From NCBI GenBank assembly GCA_010093995.1, contig ML992505.1, forward strand, positions 1,133,147-1,197,146: a stretch of DNA of 64,000 bases, in the 5' to 3' direction. Numbering within the stretch: the first letter of the stretch is position 1; each line of letters starts with the position of its first letter. Made by a program: the position numbers and the translations under genes. The stretch comes from Elsinoe ampelina (taxonomy: Eukaryota). The notes under the pieces were generated by a model that made no database searches, was not told the origin of the DNA, and worked only from the letters and a program-made list of their open reading frames with translations. This document shows, piece by piece, positions 1 through 9,973 of this stretch.

Positions 1-60
1 ACATCATACCAAGTGAGTTCCAATTTGTCACGAGTGGATCAGGTTGCTGAGAACCAACAG

Positions 61-611
61 AATCATCCCCACTGATGAACATACCGCGCAATCGCGTCCC
101 GCCTGATTCGCATCTATGAATCTGGAGACAGGAGGTATCGACAATACTCGGTGGTACAGACCATGTAGAAACAGACACAATACATGTCAGGCACAACCAT
201 AGATCAATACCGGAATCGTTGAACGTCCACTGCACGTCAGACGTCGACGCAAACGTGCCTTTTCCCATTCAATGCGCTGTTCATCTCAGGTCAAGAATTC
301 CCTCGAGGGCTGATAATAACGCGTACTTCCCCGTGATTGTAGACGACCTGTAGCCGAACATGTCTCTTCCCGAGGGTCAAGAATGTGCAGCCACGACACA
401 GCTCGCCAGAGATCGCCTCAAACACATGGAGACCGAATTTATCCATTTCCTGAAGGTCCAATCCACGTCCACGCCGCCTCCAACCATCCTCTATCCCACG
501 CGAGGGCAATGCCACCTGGACGTAGATATCCCATGCTTTGACACGCCCGACTTCGTCCGGAGAGGTTTGGCGTGCGCCTTACTTGGCGAGCGATATGGCG
601 AATGGCATTAA
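61..611 (+). pseudogene. 3' exon of an orphan gene entering from the left edge, interrupted by stops
   Basis: Intron-like segment 13-60 (GTGAGT..GCTGAG..CAG). The frame of ORF 360-611 extends back to 63 with only two stops, TGA 117-119 and TAG 351-353. No recognisable domain. Confidence 0.35.
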
Positions 612-881
612 TTCAAGCGAAGAGCGCAAGAACGATAGTGCGAAGATTGCACACCTTGCTACTACCAATACATTGAGATCTTCACCTCTCGGTCATGTGC
701 GATCACGGTACAAAGCCTGCAGATCGGTATTATACTCTACACCTGTCGCCAACGACAAGATGGAGACTGGATCTGCTTTTTTCTGTTCTCCTGCCTGCCG
801 ACACTCATTTGTGCGGATTTGCCACCATCAACTGCCGCAAGCACAGTGGCCTTCCTGGCTGACGTGATTCGGGAAAAAACA

Positions 882-2524
882 ATGGCCAAGCTCGCGTCAG
901 GAATGGCATATCGAACCAGCGAGATGTTCGCATATTATGAATGTATGTACCTACCAGCTGAAATGGGGTAGTTTCAGCTGACAAAGCCTATAGTAGGCGG
1001 ATGCGCTGCTTTGTATCGACTCTCAGACTCTTTCTTATATGATCGGGGTGAGCCTGTCAATGTCCGGTTTTTCATCGAGAACCTTCCAACCGACTATGTC
1101 TATCTTCTTGCGCTCCTACACACTCTCAGTAGCCGAAATACGTTTGACCAGAACGCTACAAATCAGGAAGTCCACGCACCAGTGTCGAGAATAATCTTCA
1201 ACAGATTGTATCAACCTCAGCGCAGATGGACCCCTGATGGGACAATCGGGTTGAGATATTTCGGTGAAAAGAATCTCCACTCCAGCTTGGTGCCCCTCCT
1301 TCGCCACCCTGAGAGTGTGGTTCTAGCGGTACGCAATCTGTATCCACTGGTCACGTTGGTCTTTGCGAAATCTGTGAGCGGGGGCGAACGAAATGTCGTG
1401 GCATTCAGCTTCCGGTCTTCAGAAGTCTTCAGTCAGACCGCAACCATCCTGCAACTCCTGGAACAACCAAGAAAGCGAAGCGGCGCGTTTTATGGGTTGA
1501 GACGTCAAATGCTGGCACAAGCAGCGGTTCTTCTCATGTTCTCCTTCCCCCTCGAGAAGCACCTTGAGAGTGAGTGAGTCGATTGATATCGAGCCATAAT
1601 CGGAACTAACGTTGGCGAAGAGCAATGGATACCACCCTTGCCATGGAGCCTCAGCTCTTAGGACTAGACGTCGAGTCTGCGGCAATGAGCTCGATTGACG
1701 TGGACCATGCGAGGGCATTGATCTCCCTTGCAGACTACAAGACTTCTCAAGCCCGGCTTGCCTTACTCAACAAGGTCGCCGCAAAACCAACATCTGAAGC
1801 TACAGAGATACGATTGCGGCTGCGACTAGCTCTCGCTGCCCATCTTGCGCGCAATGGGGACTTCGAAGCATCAAACAACAAGATTGATGAGCAGGTGGAG
1901 TCTGGCGATAGCACCATCGGTAGTGTGCTCCGCCATACCATCAGCCGTCGACTTGCGACGCTCAAAGCGAGCAACTTGATTGCACTTGGAGACATTTCTG
2001 TAGCGGATCATGTTCTAGGCGAAATAGGTTTTCCAGAACTGCCCCTACCAATGGAGATGGCATCTGTGTTGGAGTGCCACGTCCTCTCGGCACGGATTAA
2101 TCTTGACAAGAAGGACGTCGAAGCAGCACAGGTGCATATCATGGCTTACGTCAAATTGTTCAACACCACCGGCCCAATCTCTGCTATAAAGCAGATCTAG
2201 CAAGATACTCTTCCCCGGGCCATCTGCTGCATTGCAGACATACTGCGTTTGCGAGGTCAAGCCGCTGCATGGTGCCGTTTGCTGAACGAAGTACAATTAC
2301 AGAAGCGGTCGTGCAGTTTGAGCGCGGTCTTGATCAACAGCGCCATGCTGAGATGCCTCATGGACTGCGGGAAGGTGGAGGCAATCAGGCAACAGATTGA
2401 TCACGTCATTCTGCTCGCAAGCTTTCTCGATGTAGAGGAATATGCCAGTAGCGGCGTCGTCATGCAGCTCGAGGATGCCAGGAAGAGAATCTCGTCCTCT
2501 GCAGTGGTACAAGATCCAGAGTAA
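882..2524 (+). pseudogene. Orphan spliced gene (helical, possibly TPR-like C-terminal half) with one in-frame TAG
   Basis: ATG 882. Introns 943-993 (GTATGT..GCTGAC..TAG) and 1574-1620 (GTGAGT..ACTAAC..AAG) both preserve frame and join ORFs 1011-1577 and 1625-2200. ORF 2249-2524 is in the same frame beyond a single TAG at 2198-2200. Confidence 0.6.
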
Positions 2525-2562
2525 TACTGCTATCCAGCAGTCCTAGTCAATGCATCCAATCC

Positions 2563-2570
2563 TATAAAAG
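2563..2570 (+). promoter_or_regulatory. TATA box (TATAAAAG)
   Basis: Consensus TATAWAWR about 80 nt upstream of ATG 2646, which has CAAGATGG context. Confidence 0.4.
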
Positions 2571-2645
2571 GCTACCGAGCTCCAAGTTCCTTATGCCTTT
2601 TTCATGGGCAACAAAGATAATTAAACCACTGCGCACCACTCCAAG

Positions 2646-3311
2646 ATGGCCAACCAGGTAGTCAGAGAACTCCATTTTGTCTGCGACACCGGTGTCAATT
2701 ACACGCTCTGGACCGAACCTCTGGAGAACCACTAGGCTATCGAGTTGCTGCTGGACTCCGGCAACTATTGTGGCTTGTGCCTCAGAAACGCAGATAACGA
2801 TCGTTCTCAAGAAAGTCTGACAGCTTCTTACCATCGTAAGACTAGGGATACGATGGCGGCGAGACATATTCTGAAGACAGGACGGAATTTCACCTCTGGA
2901 GCACTTCTGGACGATCTCCTTATCAATGGCTTCGGTCATTACCAGTATCCTCACACCTCGAGGGATCAGAGAGGCTGGATGTGAGTCGACTTGCCATTCA
3001 TTGTCGAAGAAGCTAATGTGTGAAGACTGTACGTATTGGAGAGAATGTTGAATCAAAAGTTCTTGATGCCAGGCGACGCTTGCCGAGACCTCCAAATGGA
3101 TCTACAATGGATTTTCCAAGAAAAATGGTGGTATCAAGGGGACATTCGAACACAGAAGCCTCCCCAAGATGGCGTCCTGAGCGAAGTCATACCCGAGGAA
3201 TCTGATCGATGCGAGACGCCATCGGCACAGAGTGAAGAGGACTGGCAGAACGCCGTCTGCATGCTGGAATCAGCTAAGGTGCAGAGCATCAAGGAAGACA
3301 TACGAAAGTGA
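2646..3311 (+). pseudogene. Small orphan spliced gene with a premature TAG at codon 30
   Basis: ATG 2646 is in frame with ORF 2745-2984 across a single TAG (2733-2735). Intron 2981-3025 (GTGAGT..GCTAAT..AAG) joins it in frame to ORF 3036-3311. Confidence 0.55.
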
Positions 3312-3382
3312 GTAGTAGAATGAATGAAGATATTGTCAAGCAAAGAGTGATAAAGCCTAATGGGATTGCACGTAATAAACAT

Positions 3383-5341
3383 TTACCCCTCCTTGGTATC
3401 GTTCTCCTGGAAATAGACGTGCTTTTCGATGGCGGATGGCAGCGGGCGGTCTTTGGGATTCAGAGCCGTCATGCTCTCAAGGAGATCAACGAAGCTGGGA
3501 GACATCTTCCTGCCCTCGGGGAGGTCTAGGTTTCTCACTCGTAGATTTGTCGCGACAACGTCCAAGAAGGCTGTTGGAGACTTGTCCGGTGGTGCGATCT
3601 TCGAGCCCTTTCCTTTGTCCTCTGCTTCCTCCTCTTCTTTCACATCTGCTTCTGTCTCAGTACTGGATCCCGCGGTACTTGAGAGGTGTGGTGAAGCGGT
3701 ATTCGGGATGTCTGAGGCGAAAGAAGGTAAGCGCGGAGGTCTGATGAAAGATTCAGTAGCCTCAGGGATCTCAATCACCGTAGACGCCTCTGTCACTGAA
3801 ATCTCCCTTTCATGCTCTTCATCAAATGTCCTGGCGTATTCGAGGCTCTTACACGTCCATATGGTGGCTCCAAGACTCCAGACATATAGGTTGTGATAGT
3901 CTGTGGAGACCAAATTGGTCATCCCGAGCCCCAACGCAATGATCTCGGGTGCCATGTAAGGCCTGGTACCGCATACCGTCCAGGTCCGTCTGTCTGACGT
4001 TAGTAATGTGTAGGTCCAAAGGTTCGCGACGTACCCGTCTCGCCGACGAGATATGTTTCTTGCGATACCGAAGTCAATCAGGTGTACCCTCATCGGCTGC
4101 CAAGAGCTGACAGCCAGGTTTGCCGGCTTGATATCCCTATGCACGACTTTCTCCCGACGCAAGTAATCTAAAGCATCTGATATTTGCCGAATGATCGAGC
4201 TGCATCCACTTTCGCTGATAGGACAGCGATTGTCGATCGCCGTTTGGAGTACTTGACCAGCATAGTCAGCGTGGATCTCTGCAAAGTCGATGGAGTCGAC
4301 AACACAGGTGAATCTCGCGATGGACGGATGTTGCAAGTTGCGTGCGAAGTCCAGCTCTCGTTTCATGTTGATCGTACGTTCATCTCTTGCAACCGACAGG
4401 CGCTTGACGACGTACTGGTATTTATCGCCTATACGTCGCATCAGCTTGATCGTTACGTTCTTGTCGTCTGCCAGTGTCCGTATAGTCTCGACAGAGACTG
4501 GTGGTGCCGGTGCTGATCTTCTTGGGGATAATAAATCAGACACTACCATCTGTTTGCGTTTGTTGGATCGTTCGTTGGGACTTTTAGTCCTTAGCTAGAA
4601 GATTTCAGCAAGTTCGCTTCAATTATCCAAACTCTGACAACGTACCCTTGGCATCCCGTTTCGAGCATCTTGGGCTCGTACCGAAGTAGACTCCGGCTGC
4701 AGTCGAGCGTCGGGCGTAGGGTCGAACCTGCTCTCTGCGATGTGTATCGAGGAGATTCGAGGTACGGCAGCTTCGGCTGAACGTCGAAAGCATTCCCAAG
4801 CGGCCATGAAATTCAAATAATCGTCTTTATCGGACGGCGGGTCTCGGACCTGGAGAGTCAGAGAGGCTGTCCCTGCCCTGACGAAGGTTCGGCCTGGGGA
4901 CAAGATCCTCGTCTGTTGATGTGCGAGGTTACGTCCATCGACGAGCAGACTTTTAGTCGACACATTACGGAGCATCAGTATGAATGGATCTGGACAGTAA
5001 CCCCAGATGTGCGAAATTGAGAAGTGTCGGCCGGAAGCCCCCTGGGAATTGTCCGAATCCAGTGCCACGTCGACTTTCTCATCATCACTACCGAAGACCA
5101 GGCCAGCTCTGACATCGAAGAATGTTTCTTCGGTCAGCGTGAAAGCTAGCCTCGTGTTGTTCGCTGGCACGGTGGGGGTGGTTTCAATGCCTGCTTCTTT
5201 CGTGCCTGACGAATTAGGTGCTTGTGGCTCTTCTGAGATGCGGAATTTGTCGTTCAAATCAATTGACCTGAATGCCGAGTCAGTCTGCGAACACTGGGCT
5301 TCAGCATACAAGTATGCGAGGGACAGGTTGAGCAAAGCCAT
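3383..5341 (-). CDS. FHA domain plus Ser/Thr protein kinase (Chk2/Rad53/Dun1-like architecture, divergent)
   Basis: FHA-like motifs (FGSD..VDVAL..SGRHFSI..LRNVS..LLVDG). Phase-0 intron 4595-4645 (GTACGT..GCTGAA..TAG) fuses this in frame to the kinase ORF, which has VVK, HRDIKPAN, DFG and GTRPYMAPE. Probable second in-frame 45-nt intron at 3990-4034. Confidence 0.8.
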
Positions 5342-5683
5342 TATGGGGTTTTGGGATGTAACAAAAGATAGAGCACAATGGCTCAGAAAGATGAATGAGG
5401 AAACGCAGATCTTGTAACATGACTTAGCCCACGTTTCTGCCCGCCCAGGCACATGATTTTTCAGCAAATGCGCTGTGGTTCGACACTAGACGGACCTGGT
5501 CTCTGGCACAGGGATCGATCTGTTGAAGTAGCCACACGTTCACGGATGACGGCGCTTATTTTCGGGGAAGTGCTCCGTCTAAGCACGGACACTGATCGAT
5601 TGGCTTGCAGGGTCCGAGGGTCGTCTTGAGCCTGGGCTTTATGTCACTTCTCCTCTTGGCCCGCTGGCCACACGTTGCGACAA

Positions 5684-5734
5684 CACCATGTTGCCAACCA
5701 CATTCGAATCACCATGTTGCCAACCACATTCGAA
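5684..5734 (+). repeat. Direct tandem duplication, 2 x 25 nt (CACCATGTTGCCAACCACATTCGAA), period 26
   Basis: Identical copies at 5684-5708 and 5710-5734. Confidence 0.95.
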
Positions 5735-6097
5735 ACGCATGACTTGGAGCGAGTAAATCGAGCGCTTGGGAAGACAACCTCCGGAAAGCGTGCTATCAGC
5801 CGCAGCGCTGAAGTAGCCCACTGGACTCCTTACCACGAATTCTCCACTCGCTGTAACAATGATCCCAATATTGTAGCCAGAGCACGGAGCTGGATCCAAG
5901 AGGAGGTGTACTGGGAGCTTGAAACCCGACACTTTCAAGTGCTGGTCAGCATCATGAACAGCATGGCGTACGAAGGCGACAGCAAGCATACTTCTTCTTT
6001 CCCAGACATGGACGATCTTGAGGACGCATTCGGAAACTTCAAGGAGGCAGTGTACGAGGCATACAAAGTCAGAGGTAAGCGCATTATCCGCCTCTAA
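5714..6097 (+). CDS. Small hypothetical protein (~127 aa)
   Basis: CACCATG start context and protein-like composition. No recognisable domain. Confidence 0.45.
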   Translation: MLPTTFETHDLERVNRALGKTTSGKRAISRSAEVAHWTPYHEFSTRCNNDPNIVARARSWIQEEVYWELETRHFQVLVSIMNSMAYEGDSKHTSSFPDMDDLEDAFGNFKEAVYEAYKVRGKRIIRL

Positions 6098-8379
6098 TCC
6101 TCGCTAACTGATGCCAGATAGGTCCAGGGCAGAGACGGCGCACATGCACCAAATCGATAGCGGTCCATTAGACAATCGAGCCATGAAATCATCCTTGGCT
6201 GACGGCCGGAAGCGCCGCGATGACAGTCGACCGGGAACTCATGGCGAGGCAGAAAAGAGCAAGCGTCGAGTGAACAAGGTTTCCAAAAGGAGAGTCGTTG
6301 GTCACAGTTCCGTTTCCGAGCTACACAAACTTCGCAGGAGCCCACGCCTAGCTCGTCGATGATGAAGCATTGATTCGTGGATCGAAGAAGGTATACGGTG
6401 CAGTAGGTGGCCTATCGATGTGTAATCACGTCCAGCGCAAGCCACACCCATATTTTGTGCATCTATTCAACCAAAGGAAAGTCTGCGGCATGGTAGAATG
6501 CCATGCCTTTGGGGGATTTGAGGATCATGGCTCAGGCCGTGGGCGGCACATGTATGATAGTATCGAGATTTGACAAGTCCTAGTGCGGCACAGCTACGCC
6601 GCCGACAGGGTCATCGATTAGATCATTGCTGAACCAACTTCGTCGCGAGCTGGAATATGCGATGCTCGAATGCATAGACCCGCACTGGAGTTGAGGCCTT
6701 GCACACTACAAAAGACCTGAATGTATTTTATCTTGACAATCTTTCGACGTGTCTGTAGATTTTCCATGTGACCTATTCCCAGAACAACACTAATGCCCTC
6801 CAGTAGATGTGATGCTCTCGGTGCACGTTGGGGAACAAATACTGCTCGCGATGTAGAGTCGGCATGGAGATCATTTGTGTAGCAACGCCGGCAGCAGGAG
6901 TAGCTACGGACACAAGAAATTGCATACACTTGTGTCTAGACAAGTCGCCAATATTGACGAGGAAATCTTACACGGATCTCCTCTCCTCCCTAACGTTCCA
7001 TAGCGCCCGGCATCTCGCTCAACAGACGATTAAACTCCTGCTCGGCATCTTCGACTACATGACCAGGTTGTGGTACATTCCCACCGCGCTGATACCTCAA
7101 GCGTACAATGTCCCCGCTTTCCACCTCTTCTTCGTCGAGCTCACCCTCGCCGAGCTATTGCCACTCTACCCTACTATTTGAGCCTGGTAGTACAAGGATG
7201 GCTGGCGTGGTCCGGGATGCCGCACAGTGCTCGGTTCAGGCAGTCCCTGCACGCACTCCTGGTTACCTCAGTTGTTCATGAAGTTTCATCGCTCAACTTC
7301 TCCGCAGAATCAGTGCTTTGTGTTGGACCTGTATGGCGTACCTGGCAAACGCTACCACTGTCCGCTGATCACGAGCCGGAGTGCGACATTTGTCAGATGC
7401 TGTAGTCCTACCAGTGATCTTTCGACCTGGTTGACGGACTCTTGCGATTAACAAGAATCTGAAATTGGGGATTTAGCAGCTCCGGTCAAATATGAAGTTG
7501 ACAAACGATACCATTCGAGGCGCCATAATTGCAAGCTGAGATACGAGCTGGCCCACCCCAAAGCTCACTGACACGGTCCGTCGATCGTTATCTCTGAGGG
7601 CTCGCGTGTGCTGCCTTGAGGTACTTTTGGTAACTTCGCCACAGATGAAATTTGAGCTTGATGTGAAAGTTTCGGTTTCCTGCCGGGGGATTCCAGTGCA
7701 GTGCTGCGACAAATATTCTAACACTAAATTCACGTGTCGAAAGGACAATGTCAGCCTGACATGACTAGGAGAGGACACCTATTTTGCTTGGGCGCACTTG
7801 AGCCTCGCATCGATGTCTGCAAGACGATTTGACAAGTTGTCGAAATCGGCTCTTGGGCCTGACTGGTAGTACTGGAGCGTGAGAGGTACGGTCGAAGCAG
7901 GAAATCCAGTAGAGACTGCTACGCGTATGCCATTCCGGCAACGAAATTGTGCTCGAAGTAGATAGACCTCAACATGGTATCCTAAGGCCTCTCCATGATC
8001 CGCAGCATTGTGTGAAAGAAATTTGGCCTGCAAGGTGAAGCGGGTCAACAGGAGGAGGACCGACAAAGACGGCGGGCGCAGAGGCTCGAATGAAAGCGGC
8101 CGAAGTGCTGTCCGGCTTCAAAATTGCTCGCTCCTACGTGGTCATCACCCATCTTCATAGCACGAGAATCCACTGGATTTTTCGACGGGAAGGGAGACCT
8201 GTCGCAGACTCTCTGATTCCTACGTGTCATCAAGACGGGTACACAATGAATGCTGAGTGGATGAGCTGATCTGTGAATGGCAGAGCTCGGCTTGTTCAGA
8301 TCCGAGCAAATTTTGCAAAGACCATATACAGTTCAACTTCGCATCCCATCACCCAACTGTGCAGTTGACGCTGCAGCGC

Positions 8380-8614
8380 GCCGGGGTAGCTCAATCGGTA
8401 GAGGTACTGTTCGTCCAATCGACCTCACCAACATGTCTAACCCGTCCCAGCGTGTGGCTCTTAGTAATGAGAGACAACCTCAAGGTACTTCTGCTTGAAT
8501 GCCCCACCGTCTTGAATTAATACTGACACCCCAATTGGTCGTGGGTTCGAGCCCCACCTTGCAAGTTCCGCCCTGTCTCTCCTGTCGAGCTTGTAATAAC
8601 AGTTCACAGCGGCT
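8380..8614 (+). tRNA. tRNA-Lys(CTT) gene or pseudogene split by one canonical tRNA intron and three spliceosomal-type introns
   Basis: Exons 8380-8403, 8451-8463, 8477-8484, 8538-8560 and 8610-8614 join to GCCGGGG TA GCTC AATCGGTA GAGC G TGTGG CTCTTAA CCTCA AGGTC GTGGG TTCGAGC CCCAC CTTCGGC T, a standard 73-nt cloverleaf. A box and B box are intact. Confidence 0.88.
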
Positions 8615-9973
8615 CATTTGACGTCAAAAGCAAAGCTGCTATCACAGCGACGCTTCCTTTTTGTGCTTTTGCTGTCTCAGGACACGTGGAGAAGATTGCG
8701 TCTCTTCCAAGGCAACCGGTGTTGATCTTTTGATCAAAACAAAGTGAGCAAATCTTCGAAGTGGAAGTGAAGGTAGAGTAGTCTATCAGCACGACGACGA
8801 CATGTGCGCGTTTGCCTTTGTTTTGCCAGGCTCCCAAACATTGGCAGCATCGACGGCGAGCATGTGATGCAAAAGGGATAGCGTTTGACCTGGGAAAAGC
8901 AAAAATTGTGGTGAGTGAGCAAATGTGGGTGAGAGCAAATCTTGGTCAAGACTTGGTTGAACAAAGAGGCGGCGGCGACAGTCGCGACTCCAGCACCGAC
9001 GACGATGACTCCGGCGACAGGACAGGCTAACGGCAGTATCGTACGATCTATGCGCCAGAGAGAGGAGAGGTCATCGCCATGAAAGTGCCCAAGAGGTAGA
9101 TGACATGTGACTTCCGGTACTCCTCAGCGGAATCCCGGTAGGTGTACCTCGATCGAATGCATACACTCCAGATGCCACGGCCCTCCGTACATGGAACGCC
9201 TGACCAGAGGCGTCTTGCTGTTTGATTCTGTTCAATGCAAGTCCCAGAACAAGTGGGAACATGATGGCGGGCGATGCGGCTCTGCTCTATAGAAGTCACG
9301 CGTGCTCGGGGCGTCGACATAAGAGCGCTACGCTGAGATCAAGTGGTATGGGATGTGTAGTAGTAACATCGGCAAGCCGAGAGAGCATGTAGTTGGGACG
9401 GGCCGCTCATTGTCACGTGTGCCCATTTAGGAATGCTTGCCGACAACGATCTGGCATGTGATCGTGACAGACGACCGGTCTGAGCGATTGGAGTAGCTTC
9501 GAGACAGAGCAATGCTCGAGTGTGAGATACGCTTCCCAATCAACTGCAGGCTCGGGTAAGAGGTGGGGATTGGATAGCACTCAGACGCAGACCATGCGTA
9601 ACTGGTCACGCAAGTGGGTGGATCGGCATCAAGCAGAGCACGAGCTGCACGGGAGATACGCAAAGAACAAAAAGACAAAAGGGCAGGATGGTAGCTCGCA
9701 GCCAGCCGAACGCAGGACGTCCTTAGCTGACCACATCATGTAATTCATTCGGGAGTGCCTGCAAGGTGTCGAGTTGCATTGTGCAGTGGCGACATGGGCA
9801 AGCTTGAGCCCGTGCTTCCTTAATTGGATGCGGCACCTCAGGCGATCTCCAAGTATGGGTATCTGATCTATCGGAGGGTGTCCCTCGGCGAGCCTTGCAA
9901 GTCCTCTTGCGCTTGTCGATACTTAACCTTGGATCGGGAGGGTGGAGGGTATGAAGCAGTGGCGAACGGCCTT

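Noticed and set aside
5474..5490. B-box-like GGTTCGACAC upstream of the kinase gene
   Set aside because: No T-stem pairing, A box or cloverleaf around it.
6100..8250. Short ORFs as transposon remnants
   Set aside because: No transposase, RT or integrase motifs and no terminal repeats found by eye.
8460..8463. Idea that the tRNA is an amber suppressor for the nearby TAG-interrupted genes
   Set aside because: The anticodon is clearly CTT (Lys), not CTA.
8257..8520. ORFs 8257-8520 and 8277-8498 overlapping the tRNA
   Set aside because: Short, with no protein-like features; the sequence is better explained as tRNA exons and introns.
8527..9743. Near-open frames downstream of the tRNA as a pseudogene
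   Set aside because: Several stops and no recognisable motif or consistent exon chain.
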